Shown piece by piece: positions 49,146 to 60,279 of a DNA stretch of 64,000 bases. Below the pieces are notes generated by a model that was given only the letters and a program-made list of their open reading frames with translations, did no database searches and was not told the DNA's origin. Numbering within the stretch: the stretch's first letter is position 1; the number at the start of each line of letters is the position of its first letter. This DNA comes from an uncultured delta proteobacterium (GTDB lineage Bacteria > Desulfobacterota > Binatia > UBA9968): contig CAVUVW010000014.1 of the NCBI GenBank assembly GCA_963745035.1, positions 224,001 through 288,000 of the forward strand, read 5' to 3'. A program made the position numbers and the translations under genes.

Positions 49146-51202
49146 CTATTTAACTGCCGCGTCGCACTGGATGCGGATCTCATGCAGGTCGCCGATCTCG
49201 AAGCGATCCCCCGGCCATACCACCGTCGTCGAGCCGTACTCTTCGATTACCGCCGGCCCTGCGGCGCTGAAACCCGGCGCCAACGAGTCGCGATGATGGA
49301 TCTCTGCGTCAAGCCAACCGCCTGCGTTGCCGATGTATACTTTGCGCCTTTGCGCCGGCTGCGATTTCGCCGCAGCGCGCGGCAGGCGCGCGATCTCCGG
49401 CTGCTTGAGGCGGGCGAAGGCGGACAGGTGGAGCGCTTGAAACTCCGCCGGCGCTTTGGCGTCGGCGTGGCCGTAGCGCCGCTTGTAGTCGCGCTCGAAG
49501 GCGGCGCGGATCTGCTCCGGATCTTTCAGGCCCGACACTGGCACTTTGATGTTGTGCCGCTGGCCGCGATAGCGCATCTCCGCGTGGCGTTCAAAAAACA
49601 CATCGCTGCTGGCAAACTCCGCCGATAACGCGGCGACGGCGTCTTTCTCCATGGCGCTAAAAGTTTCCGCCATCGACTCCGCTGCCTTGTCGTTCAGAAC
49701 GCCAACAAAGGTTTTCGACGTGTCGATGCGCGCGTCGGCGAGCAGCATGCCGATGGCGGAGAAATTTCCCGGCTCAGGCGGAATCACGATGGTCGGGATC
49801 GACAATTCGTGGGCGAGCGCGCCGGAATGCAGCGGTCCGCCGCCGCCGTAGCTGAACAGAATAAAGTCGCGCGGGTCGAGACCGTGCTCGACGGAAATTT
49901 TTCGAATGGCGCCGGCCATGATCACCGTGGCGATTGAAATAATCCCGTCGGCCATCTGAATCATGCCGCTCTCGCCGGCATAATCGAGCGGCGCCGCGAT
50001 GCGCTGCGCGATCGCTTGCGCGGCGGCGCGCGGATCGAGCCGCATTTCGCCGCCGAGAAAATTCGCCGGGTTGAGACGGCCAAGAACCAGATTGGCGTCG
50101 GTCACCGTCGGCTCCGCGCCGCCGCGGCCATAGCACACGGGACCGGGAGTGGAGCCCGCGCTTTGCGGCCCGACGTGCAGGCGTTTCTGCGAGTCGATCC
50201 AGGCGATCGAGCCGCCGCCCGAGCCCACTTCGACGATATCGATGACCGCGGACTTGATCGGAAAACCTTTGACGTAGCCGTTGGCGTAATAGACCGAGTT
50301 CACCGAGAAGCGGCCGTTCTCGACCAGCGCGCATTTTGCGGTCGTGCCGCCCATGTCGAAAGCGACCACGTTCTTGAATCCCAATTTCTCCGCGTAGGCG
50401 CCGGCGCCGATGCAGCCGCCGATGGGGCCGGACTCGACCAGGCCGATCGGCTGCCGGCAAGTTCGCTCGGCGGAGAGCAAGCCGCCATTGGAGCCCATCA
50501 TAAAAAGCGAACCGCCGAAGCCCCGGCTCTTCAAATCGCTGTCGAGGCGCCGAATATAAGTGCTCACCTGCGGCCCGACGTAAGCGTTGGCCGCCACCGT
50601 CGAGCAGCGCTCGTACTCGTACCATTCGCGCGTCAGCTCGGTGCTGAAAGTAACGTAGGCATCCGGCAGCAGTTCCTTGAGAATCGCCGCGGCGGCTTCT
50701 TCGTGGGCCGGGTTGATATAGGAATTCATGAAAAAGACCGCCACCGATTCGACGCCGAGTTTCTTGATCTCGCCGGTGAGGTTTTTGAGCGCCGCCGTAT
50801 CGAGCGGGGTCACCACTTCGCCTTTGCTGTCCATTCGTTCCGGCGCTTCGAGGCGTAGCTCGCGCGGGATCAACGGCTCGTCGCGCTGATAATGAAGATC
50901 GAAGGGATCGGGCCGGTTGCCGCGGGCGATTTCGAGAATGTCGCGAAACCCTGGCTCGTCACCAGCGCGGTCTTCGCGCCTTTGCGCTGAATCAGCGAAT
51001 TGATGACCAACGTCGTGCCGTGGTTGACCAGCGACGCTTCGGCCGGTTTGATTTTGGCTTTGGTGAAACAATCGAGAATGCCGTCGACTAGATTATCGTA
51101 AGTGGTCGGGCTCTTGGCGTAAATGACGCGATGGCTGGCGTGATCGAAGGCGACCAGATCGGTAAAAGTGCCGCCGATATCGACGGCGATGGCGTAACTC
51201 AT
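49146..51202 (-). CDS. Hydantoinase A / oxoprolinase family protein (frameshift near 50950)
   Basis: VDIGGTFTD, HGTT..IN, ESGP.GG, DMGGTT, GSGGGS, GSTPGP.CYGRGG, TVTDAN. Confidence 0.92.
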
Positions 51203-51216
51203 CGAAGATGACTCCC

Positions 51217-51307
51217 GTTCAAAAGTTCAACGGTTCAACCGTTCAAGGTTGCTTGCAAGCTCCGGCATTTTCTGACGTTGAACTTTTGAACCCTTGAACT
51301 GTTGAAC
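51217..51307. repeat. Octamer (GTTCAANN x4 / TTGAACNN x4) inverted tandem-repeat hairpin
   Basis: gttcaaaa gttcaacg gttcaacc gttcaag ... ttgaactt ttgaaccc ttgaactg ttgaac. Confidence 0.8.
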
Positions 51308-51308
51308 G

Positions 51309-53061
51309 TCATGCGCGCCGCGCTTTGCCGCCGTCGTCGATGACGACGCCGTAGTCTTCGCGGGCGCTTTGGCGCGAAACAAAGCCGCGCAGCACGTCGC
51401 GCTCGACGAGCTCGATGGGGCGCTCGGCGTGGATCGCCGTAGCCGCCGCCTCCGCCGGTGGACATGCGCACGCGGTCGCCGGCTTGGAGCGGGCGATTTT
51501 CCGTTTTGTAAAGCAGCTCCGGTTCGGCTTGCCCGTTCTTGTAAATCAGCACCTGCCCGGATTTTCCTTCCTTGGCTCCCTGCACTCCCCACGGCGGGCA
51601 GCCGATGCGATCGAAGTTCGCCCAAAGCTCGCACGGCGCGAGCAGAATATATTGCTTGTCGAATCCCAACCCGCCGCGCCACTTTCCGGGGCCGCCGGAG
51701 TTTTGGCGCAAGCGAAATTCTTCGACACGGAAGGGATACATCGATTCCTGCAGCTCGATGGGAATGAGCCGAGTGTCGCCGTGCGCCATGGTGCGAAACG
51801 GGCCGGCGCCGTCGTGGGTAGCGCAAGCGCCCCAGCCGCCGTGGCCGCTGTCGTTGGCTTTGAACACCGCGCCGGTATCCATGCGCTTACCGGCAAAGCT
51901 CAGCGACGAAAAAGTGCCGAAGTGGGCGCCGGTGACACGCTGCGGCAACGCAGGTTCCAGCGCTTTGATGATGCAGTCGATGATCGTGGGAAATGGAATG
52001 CTGTAGAGCCCCATCGGCGCCGTCGCTTCGGCGCTGATCAGTTTTCCTTCGGGCAGGATCATCTTTACCGGCCCGAAACGTTCCCTCGTTGGCCGGCTCG
52101 TCGGTGGCGATCAAATATTTAAATGCGACGCGCACGCAGGTGCGGCCGCCGCCGTAGTAGCCCGAGTTGACGCAGCCTTTTACTTGATCCGACATTTCGG
52201 AGAAATCGACGGTCATCTCGTCGCCGGCGACGATGACTTTGACCTTGATCGGGATCTTTTCGTCGCGCACGCCGTCATTGTCGAGAAATGCTTCATGCTC
52301 GTAGACGCCGTCGGGAATGGCGCGGATTTTTTCGCGGGTGGCGGCTTCGCATTGATCGAGGATCATGTCGAGGGCGGCGAGAAAGGTCGGCAGGACCATA
52401 TTTGTCGGCCATCGACTTGGGTCAGGTCGCGGCCCAGAAGGCAGCCGCCGAGCTGCGCTTCGATGTCGCCGAGCAATTCCAAAGGAAAGCGCGTGTTGTT
52501 CTCGATGATGCGGTAGACTTCTTCGATGGGCTCGCCCTTGGACCAGAGCTTGATCGAGCGCAGCTGCAATCCCTCCATGAAGATATCGGTAGACGAATAG
52601 GAAACCGAGCCGATGGCCGAGCCGCCGATGTCGATCCAGTGGCAGTTGACGGCAAAAAAACCGATCAGCTCATCGCCGTGCTGCTCCGGCAAAGACCGGC
52701 GTGTACATGACCGTGTTGTTCAGATGCTGTCCCTGCACCGCGGCGTGATTGCAGACGATCACGTCGCCTTTGTGCAGGTTTTCCCGGCCGTAGACTGCCA
52801 AACCGTCTTTCACCGCCATGCCCACCGAGTCGGCGACGAACACCGGCATGCCGCCGGTCGATTGCGCGAGCAACTCGCCGTCGGCGCCGACGAATCCCAC
52901 GGCGTAGTCTTTGTACTCGTAAATATACGGGCTGAACGCCGTGCGCGTCATATTGGCGTCGATCTGATCGCAGATCGAAATGATGCCGTGGCGAATCACT
53001 TCCAGAGTGATCGGATCGATGTCCGCTTGCTTGCGGCGCGCTTTGCCGGTTTAGCTTTCAT
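51309..53061 (-). pseudogene. Second hydantoinase B / oxoprolinase gene, broken by about six single-base indels (possibly artefact)
   Basis: Fragments 52670..52999, 52363..52692, 51887..52399 and 51235..52062 are colinear with 47405..49096; indels near 53020, 52690, 52410, 52395, 52073, 51430. Confidence 0.8.
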
Positions 53062-53189
53062 CCGAACTTTTCCTCACTGGAAAACTTTGCGCGATATTTT
53101 CAAGGAAGCCCCAGGTTGTCAAGCAAGCGTAATTTGGCGTAAGTACTCTTTACGGCGCGGTTGTCGCCAGTTCAGATCGAGGAGAGTCA

Positions 53190-54222
53190 ATGATGCAATG
53201 CACGTTGGTCTACATCTCCGCTTCCCCCTTTCCAGTGGATGACAGGGGTTCGCTTTTCGTTGTAGTCGTGTTGCTCAGTCTTGGCGATACTGCCCGCAAC
53301 GGCGCAGGCGCAGGAACGGCGCGCCAAACTGAGAATTTCCAACGCCGGCTTCACCATCACCGCGCTGCCGCTGCTGGCCGCCAAGGATTGGGGAATTTTC
53401 ACCGCCAACGGCCTGGACATGGAAGTCATTCTCATGCAGTCGGCGTTGGTGCCGGCGGCGCTGACTCAAGGCGACATCGACTATCAAGCCGGCGTCGGCC
53501 CCGCCTCCGTAAATGCAACGATGACCGGCTTTGCAACGCGCGCCATCTGGTTTTCTTCCGACCGCATATCCTACTGGCTCATGGCAAAACCGCAGTTCAA
53601 GACTCTCGAAAGTCTCCGATCGAAAAAGATTGCCATCACGGGGCTGGGCGGCACGGTGCACGTCGCATTTCTTTTGGCTCTGGAAAAACTCGGCGTGAAT
53701 CCGAAGGACTTTGTTCTGGTGTCGATCGCCGGACAGCAAATCCAACAGTTGATTTCTCTGGAGTCGGGCTTCGTCGACGCCGCGATGCTCTCGCCGCCGG
53801 TGACTCTGGGCGCGCAGAAAAAAGGCTTCTATAAAGTCATGGACGTCGGCGCCATGGTCGACATGCCGGGCGGTGGCCTTACCACGTTGGCAAAAACCAT
53901 CCAGGAGCGGCCGGCCGAAACCAAGCGCGTCATCCGCTCGCTGCAACAAGCCAAGGACGAGATCAAAAAATCCAAGCCAAGAACCCTCGACCTGATTGTC
54001 AAGCTGCTCAAGATGGATCGAGAAGCCGCGAACGAGACCTACGATCAATTTCTCACGACTTTGAGCCCGACCGGCATACCGACGCGCGTCGGTATGGACA
54101 TCTTGGTGAAATCCGTTCAGGCGCAGGGCCGTCATGTCGGCCGTAAAGTGGCTTTCGAAGAGATCGCCGACGACCGGCTGGCAACGGAAGTCGCAAAGGA
54201 ATTGGGATACAAAGTTCCGTAG
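53190..54222 (+). CDS. ABC substrate-binding protein, NMT1/SsuA type (frameshift near 53280)
   Basis: RISNAGFTITALPLLAAKDWG; GGAGAG RBS; exact start uncertain. Confidence 0.83.
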
Positions 54223-54297
54223 GATGATCAGAGTCGATGCCGATTGAAGTAGGCGCAACTGTTCGCCCGTAGTGCGAATCGGCCCTTCTCCCATTGA

Positions 54298-55965
54298 GAG
54301 ACTGTGTCGCAATGATCAGAGGCATTAGGGAAAAGAGTGCGTGCGCCAGCGAAAACGGGGACGCAACGCAATAACGGTATGCTAAGGTACGTTGAAAAGA
54401 AAGGGAAAGAAATGGCGTACCGTTTTGGGGATCGAAATCAAATGGAGCTATTGCCGTCGAGCATCGAAGCGTATGTGACGAAAGAAGACCCGGTACGGGT
54501 GTATGACGCCTTTGTCGAGAGTGTGAATTTTGCGGAGTTGGGGATCGAGCTAGATGAAGAGCAAGTCGGCAACCCTGAGTATGATCCCAAAGCGATGATG
54601 AAGTTGTTGGTGTACGGGTACAGCTATGGAGTGAAGGGATCGAGAAAACTGGAGCGGGAATGCCATCATAATTTAAGTTTCCTGTGGTTGATGGGAGGAT
54701 TGAAGCCCGATCACAAGACGATCGCGGAGTATCGGCGCCGGCATAAGGGAGCGCTTAGGAAGGTTCTAAAACAATGTGTGCGGTTGTGCATCAAGTTGGA
54801 CTTAATAGCGGGCAATGTGTTGTTTGTGGATGGGACAAAGATACGTGCTAGTGCCGGGAGATCGAAGAGCCATGAGCGTGGGTGGTATGACAAACGGCTC
54901 CAAGAGGTCGATCAACGGATTGAGCAACTGATAGCAGAAAGCGAAAAGCTTGATCAGGCCGAAGCGAGTCAAGGATCTATGGTCAAGATCAACAAAGATC
55001 TGGGGCAAGCGGAGCGGCTCAAGGACAAGATTGAAAAGGCGTTAAAGACGCTGGAGGAGAGCGGGCGGGGCAAGGTTAATCTGACAGACCCGGACTGTGC
55101 GATCATGCACAGCGTGCAAGGGAGCCACGCCAGTTACAACGTGCAGAGCGTGGTCGACGACAAGTACGGTTTGGTGGTGCATATTGAGGCGGTCAATGAC
55201 ACCAGTGACGTGAACCAGTTTGCGCGCCAGATCGAGGCTGCCAATCAACGGTTGGGCAAGCGCTGCGAAGTGGGGTGCGCGGATGCTGGGTATGCTGATA
55301 CCGAAGAGTTAAAGAAGATCGACGAGCAAGGAATTAAGGTAGTGGTACCCTCGCAGCGCCAGGCCTCGCATGTTGAGGAGAAGCCTTTTAGCAAGCATCG
55401 ATTTAGTTACGATCAAGAGAAAGACTGCTATGTGTGTCCTGAGGGAAAAGCGCTTCATTATGTAGGGATCGACCGTCGAAACGCAAAGAAGGACTATCGG
55501 ATCAGCGAACCTGGGATTTGTCAGAGCTGTGTGCAGTTCGGCAAATGCACAAGCGCCAAGCTTGGACGAAAGATCGCTCGGTTAGCCAACGAGGAGGACA
55601 AACAGAGATTCGAAACTCAGTACGTACTAGACAAAGAGGTCTATGATCGCCGTAAGGCTCGGGTGGAGTTACCCTTCGGCCATATCAAGGCCAATCTCAA
55701 GACGGCTGGCTTTATGCTGCGAGGACAAAATGGAGTCCAAGCGGAGTCGTCGTTGTTGGCAACCTGTTTTGACCTGCGACGGATGATGACCATTCTGGGG
55801 GTTAACGGCCTGATCGAAAGGCTAAGAGCATTGCCGACACCAGCATAAGGTGACTGGTTAAAGAGCGCACTTCGGCCACTTAACAACTTTCAGGAACCAT
55901 CGCGGTCAATTCATGAACGATCCAGTTTATGTTCCCCGGCATTTAAGGAATTGCGACACAGTCTC
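54298..55965 (+). mobile_element. IS1182 family insertion sequence
   Basis: Perfect 16-bp TIRs gagactgtgtcgcaat (54298-54313) and attgcgacacagtctc (55950-55965); single transposase; visibly more AT-rich than flanks. Confidence 0.92.
54412..55848 (+). CDS. IS1182 family DDE transposase
   Basis: Q..LLP.SI, YDPK.M.KLL.YGY..G..SRKLER, PDHKTIA, VDGTKI, ADAGY, Y.CPEG, R...VE.PFG.IK. Confidence 0.95.
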   Translation: MAYRFGDRNQMELLPSSIEAYVTKEDPVRVYDAFVESVNFAELGIELDEEQVGNPEYDPKAMMKLLVYGYSYGVKGSRKLERECHHNLSFLWLMGGLKPDHKTIAEYRRRHKGALRKVLKQCVRLCIKLDLIAGNVLFVDGTKIRASAGRSKSHERGWYDKRLQEVDQRIEQLIAESEKLDQAEASQGSMVKINKDLGQAERLKDKIEKALKTLEESGRGKVNLTDPDCAIMHSVQGSHASYNVQSVVDDKYGLVVHIEAVNDTSDVNQFARQIEAANQRLGKRCEVGCADAGYADTEELKKIDEQGIKVVVPSQRQASHVEEKPFSKHRFSYDQEKDCYVCPEGKALHYVGIDRRNAKKDYRISEPGICQSCVQFGKCTSAKLGRKIARLANEEDKQRFETQYVLDKEVYDRRKARVELPFGHIKANLKTAGFMLRGQNGVQAESSLLATCFDLRRMMTILGVNGLIERLRALPTPA

Positions 55966-56025
55966 GGGAGAAGGTTAGGATGAGGGCTTTCCGAAGCAGG
56001 CCTCACCCTTCCCTCTCCCAGAGGG
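55966..56025. repeat. REP-like palindrome (CCCTCTCCC/GGGAGAGGG type), left arm split off by the IS
   Basis: ccttctccc (54284-54292) pairs with gggagaagg (55966-55974); followed by aggatgaggg...cctcaccct and tccctctcccagaggg. Confidence 0.65.
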
Positions 56026-56050
56026 TAACAAAAGTAGGCAAAGAGAAATC

Positions 56051-57064
56051 ATGGCTCACAAAAAAATCTCTCGATCGCCTAAATTGGTATTTTTCCAATT
56101 TTTGTTAGCGCTCGGAGTTGTCGCGACATTTTCAACGGCTGGCGAGACTCAGGAGCGCCGTGCCAAAGTTCGCATCTCCAACGCCGGTTTCACGATCACC
56201 GCGCTGCCGCTGTTGGCGGCGAAAGATTGGGGCGTGTTCAGCGCCAACGGAGTCGACGCGGAATTGATCGTCATGAGTCCCACCCTTGCCGCGGCCGCCG
56301 TGGCGCAGGGTGATATCGACTACGTCGCCGGCGTCGGGCCAGCTTCAGTCGCTGCGACTCTGACCGGTTTGCCGTCGCGCGCGATCTGGTTTTCCTCGGA
56401 CCGGATTTCGTACTGGCTCCAGACCGCGCCGCAATACAAAACGCTGCAGGATCTCAAAGGCAAGAAGATCGCGATTTCCGGCGGCGTGGGCGGGACGAAC
56501 CATGTGGCGCTCTCGATCGCCTTGGAAAAGTCGGCAGTCAATCCCAAAGATTACGTGATGGTCGGAATACCTGGACAGCAGCTCCAAGTGCTCTATTCGC
56601 TCGAGTCGAGCTTCGTCGAGGCGGCTCTCTTGTCGCCGCCGCACACGTTCAGCGCGGCCCGCAAGGGATTTCACAAACTGATGGACGTCGGCGCCATGGT
56701 CGAGATGCCCGGCGGCGGCTTGACCACCCTGATCAAGACCATTCAGTCGCGGCCGGCCGAGGTAAGGCGAGTGATTCACGCCCTGCAAGTCGCCAAAGAT
56801 GAGGTGCGCAAGTCGAAGCCGAAAACCGTGGAGCTCATCATTCGCCTGCTGAAAATGGATAAGGAAGCCGCTGCGGAGACCTACGACGCTTTTCAAACCA
56901 CCTTGAACCCGACCGGCATTCCCAACCGCGCCGGCATCGACAACTTAGTCCGTTCGCTCCAGGCGCAGGGGCGATTTACCGACCGTAAGGTGGCGTTCAG
57001 TGATGTGGCAGATGAAAGACTCGCCACCGAGGTAGCGCGGGAGTTGGGATACAAACTGCCGTGA
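56051..57064 (+). CDS. ABC substrate-binding protein, NMT1/SsuA type; tandem paralogue of 53190..54222
   Basis: Shared blocks RISNAGFTITALPLLAAKDWG, RAIWFSSDRISYWL, MPGGGLTTL, RLATEVA.ELGYK.P. Confidence 0.9.
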   Translation: MAHKKISRSPKLVFFQFLLALGVVATFSTAGETQERRAKVRISNAGFTITALPLLAAKDWGVFSANGVDAELIVMSPTLAAAAVAQGDIDYVAGVGPASVAATLTGLPSRAIWFSSDRISYWLQTAPQYKTLQDLKGKKIAISGGVGGTNHVALSIALEKSAVNPKDYVMVGIPGQQLQVLYSLESSFVEAALLSPPHTFSAARKGFHKLMDVGAMVEMPGGGLTTLIKTIQSRPAEVRRVIHALQVAKDEVRKSKPKTVELIIRLLKMDKEAAAETYDAFQTTLNPTGIPNRAGIDNLVRSLQAQGRFTDRKVAFSDVADERLATEVARELGYKLP

Positions 57065-57123
57065 GGCAATTGCGAGTGGCGGCTGGGGTTGTATCTCCGC
57101 AATACTCGTCCCAAATTATGAGC

Positions 57124-57231
57124 GTCATTCTGAGGAGCAGTGCGACGAAGAATCTGCTTTTTTGCTTTGTCTTAGGGACCGCGTCGGAGACGAAGCAAAA
57201 GCAGATCTTTCGCCTACGGCTCAAGATGACA
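57124..57231. repeat. REP-like palindrome, same family as 9379-9484
   Basis: gtcattctgag...cgaagaatctgcttttttgc...aaaagcagat...ctcaagatgaca. Confidence 0.8.
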
Positions 57232-57245
57232 GAAATGGAAAACTA

Positions 57246-58638
57246 ATGGAGGGTCTATCAAGCGACGTTCTCGTCGTCGGCGCCGGCTTAGCGGGATTCA
57301 CCGCCGCCATACGCGCGGCGGAAGCCGGCGCAAAAGTTCTCTTGATCGACAAGAGCAGCGGTGAATTGGGCGACGGCAATGTCCTCATGGCGTCGGGAAG
57401 TCTGCGCGCGGGCGGCAAGAACCCGCGCACGAGCCCCGCGGAGCTGTATGACTTTGTCATGGCGGAGGGAGTCGCGTATCCGGATCTGGTCAGAGCCTGG
57501 GCGGACACATGCAACCGGGCCGTCGACTGGTTGATCGCCAGCGGCGTCAAGATCAGCGAAGACGCGCCCGGCCGGATTTGGCTCGATCAGTCCGGCGAAG
57601 TCTCGCTTGCGCCGGTTTACAAAAAGGACGTCGGCACGCGCGCGCTCACCAGCCTCAGAAAACGTTTCGATCAATTGGACGGGAAATATCTCAACCGCAT
57701 CCAGGGAGAAAAGTTGATCGTTGAAAACAAACGCGTCGCCGGCGTGAGCGGCAAACGCGATGGCGCTGAAATCCAATTGCGCGCGCGCGCGACGATCCTT
57801 GCTACCGGCGGTTTCAGCGCCGACAAGGAAATGGTGCGTCGGCACATCGGACCAAATGCCGACCAGTGCAAGCTGCGCGGCTCCAAGCAGGACACGGGCG
57901 ACGGCTTGCGCATGGCGCTCGAAATTGGCGCCAAGGCGGTCAACTTGAAATTTTTCTACGGGCATCTGATATCGCGGAAAGCGCTCGTCGACGATCGGTT
58001 TTGGCCTTATCCGCGTCTGGACTCCTTTGTCGACGAAGGCATTCTCGTCGATCGCCGAGGCGAACGCTTTGTCGATGAAGGCCGCGGCGATGTAGCAGTG
58101 GCCAACGAGCTGGCGCGCTCGGAAGATGTGACCGGCGCGGTGTTGATCTTTGACCGGGAAAGCTGGGACGCCGCAAAGGACGACGCCTTTGCCAACTCCG
58201 TGAAAACGCCGGCGCCGAACCCGTGGCTGATGGATCACGACGGCGAGATTTTCACAGCGCCGACGGTGAAAAGGACTGGCGCAAGTTCTTGACATCGACG
58301 GTGATCGCTTGGCCGCGACCCTCCAGAACTACAATCGTGCAATCGAGTCGAGCGATTCTCAATCGCTCAAAATCCTCCGCACCGGCAAGCCGAAGCCGCT
58401 GCGCGGGCCCTTCTACGGCTTGCGCGTGGTCCCCGGCATCACGTTCACCATGGGCGGGATTTTGATCAACGGCCGCGGGGAAGCCTTGGATGAAAGCGAA
58501 AAATCGATTCCCGGTCTCTACGCCGCCGGCGACGCCATCGGCGGGCTGATGGGCGGCTACCGCGGCGGCTACACCGGCGGTTTGATGCAGGCGGTGGTGA
58601 CGGGACTGCTCGCTGGTGAGAACGCTGCGAAGGTGTGA
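57246..58638 (+). CDS. FAD-dependent oxidoreductase, fumarate reductase/TcuA flavoprotein family (frameshift near 58270)
   Basis: VVGAGLAG, LATGGF, TGDG, G.RFVDE, then TFTMGG..IN, IPGLYAAG. Confidence 0.88.
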
Positions 58639-58660
58639 GCAAGTTACTAAGATAACAAAC

Positions 58661-58736
58661 GAGGATCGAGGATTGAGGATGGATAATGGCGAAGAAGCTT
58701 CGAGCGATCCTCCATTTTCAATCCTCGATCCTCAAC
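58661..58736. repeat. Heptamer (GAGGATN / NATCCTC) inverted tandem-repeat hairpin
   Basis: gaggatc gaggatt gaggatg gataatg ... gatcctc cattttc aatcctc gatcctc between convergent genes. Confidence 0.78.
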
Positions 58737-59732
58737 CTAACTCCCTTCCGTCTCCTCCCGGTACAAGCCCAAAGCCTCGCTCGCCGGTTGATCGGTGATC
58801 GAAAAGAGGATCGCATCTTCACCTGCGGGGTTTTCGTGGGAGTGCCATTGCCACGAAGGCACGACGAAGATGTCGGTTGTATCCCAGTTGAATTCGTTGG
58901 CGGATACTTTGGTGACTCCGCGGCCGCGAAAAGCATAGTAAACCGTCGTGCTGGTGTGACGATGGCTGCGGGTTTTCTCATTGGGCCGCAGAAGCTGCAC
59001 GCGGCAGGAAAATGTCGGCAAGGTTGGGCCGCCGGTATGCGGATTGGAATATTCAAGCAGCACGCCGTCGCAGGGATCGCCCGCGCCTTGTTTGAGCGCC
59101 TGCAGGCTCGCGTTGGTCTCCTCCCAAGGGTAGCGGTAGGGCGGAGAGCGAAACGAATTTTTGATCCAAGTCGGCCGTGCATGACCAAAAACTTTTGACG
59201 AAAAATTATCCGGTCGTTCGACCGGCTGCTGGTCTTTTTTGAAATTTTCCTGAATCATGGCGCCGAAATGAGTCACCAGACGCACGTCCAAGCCGTCGAG
59301 CCACATGACCGGCTCGTCCGAGCCGTTGAAGTGATCGTGCCAAGTCCAGTTGGGCGTAGTAATAAAGTCGCCCTCGAACATCGGAAAGCGCTCGCCTTCG
59401 ACGATCGTGTAGGCGTTGGGAGTGCCTTTGACGATGAACCGGATGGCCGCTGCCGTGTGCCGGTGCGCGGCCGCGACTTCGCCCGGTTTCACCAACTGCA
59501 CGGAAATATGCACGGTGTTGGTCATGCCGGCGGCGAGTCCTGGATTGCGCATTTGGATGGTTCGGCGACCCGCCTCCCCCGTCGTAATCAAGTCGCCGGC
59601 GTGATTGAGGGCGTCGAAGATGTCCTTGCCTTTCCACAAATAGGGTTTGACGGTCTGCGACCATTCCGAATGCTCCCAGTGGCCTTTCAAATTTCTTTCC
59701 TTCATCCACTGACTGAGACCCTGCAGGTCCAT
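58737..59732 (-). CDS. Gentisate 1,2-dioxygenase-like bicupin
   Basis: NPGL, HRHTAAAIRF, TPNWTWHDH, DGLD, HRHT, VPSWQWHSH. Confidence 0.88.
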   Translation of the reverse strand: MDLQGLSQWMKERNLKGHWEHSEWSQTVKPYLWKGKDIFDALNHAGDLITTGEAGRRTIQMRNPGLAAGMTNTVHISVQLVKPGEVAAAHRHTAAAIRFIVKGTPNAYTIVEGERFPMFEGDFITTPNWTWHDHFNGSDEPVMWLDGLDVRLVTHFGAMIQENFKKDQQPVERPDNFSSKVFGHARPTWIKNSFRSPPYRYPWEETNASLQALKQGAGDPCDGVLLEYSNPHTGGPTLPTFSCRVQLLRPNEKTRSHRHTSTTVYYAFRGRGVTKVSANEFNWDTTDIFVVPSWQWHSHENPAGEDAILFSITDQPASEALGLYREETEGS

Positions 59733-59859
59733 AAACTCCTCCGTGCGGCTGGCGTAAAGCGCCAAGATACTCGTTTCATCGCAGAGGGGAACCGGCCTGT
59801 CAAGCTGAGAGCTCCAGACCTGTGGAACAGATCGGCGGCGTAGGGAAGAAGTCGCGGAG

Positions 59860-60240
59860 TTATCGTGGAGAACGGAAATCCTTGAACCGCAGGAGCGCCA
59901 GCAAAGGGCGCCGCGCGAGTTGCCACGCCCGTCCGGGTGGTTCCTCCGGTCGAGGAGGCGCCGGAGCGACGGAGGATTTCAGTTGCTCCAAAGCGCGATC
60001 GATGATCGTTCTGGCGGCGACCAGCGCCCAACTGTCGGCGTCGATTTTATTGGGAAAGGTCAGCTTTTCGGCGTCGAAACAGTGAGCAAAGCTATGCACC
60101 CATATCCTACGCAGCCCGTGCTCGGTTTCCAGCCATACGCAGGCTTCGGGGAGCCAGGATGCGGGACCGACGGCGTAGGAGGCTGCTCGGATGCCGCAGC
60201 CCCGGTGATTGACGGAATGGCGTAGTTCTTCGGATTGCAT
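59860..60240 (-). CDS. Hypothetical protein (126 aa)
   Basis: MQSEELRHSVNHRGCGIRAASY...W.P.A.V...F....AD..A...AR.IID; sigma54 site upstream supports this start. Confidence 0.6.
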   Translation of the reverse strand: MQSEELRHSVNHRGCGIRAASYAVGPASWLPEACVWLETEHGLRRIWVHSFAHCFDAEKLTFPNKIDADSWALVAARTIIDRALEQLKSSVAPAPPRPEEPPGRAWQLARRPLLALLRFKDFRSPR

Positions 60241-60279
60241 CGGCTGCGACCTGTGGAGTCTGACGGAATGTCCTAGTGC

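Noticed and set aside
51217-51307. CRISPR array (also considered for the other short repeat clusters)
   Set aside because: Units are 7-8 bp, contiguous and inverted, with no spacers and no cas genes
58262-58292. Programmed ribosomal frameshift in the FAD oxidoreductase
   Set aside because: A one-base extension of a short A run explains it, and similar indels occur throughout the window
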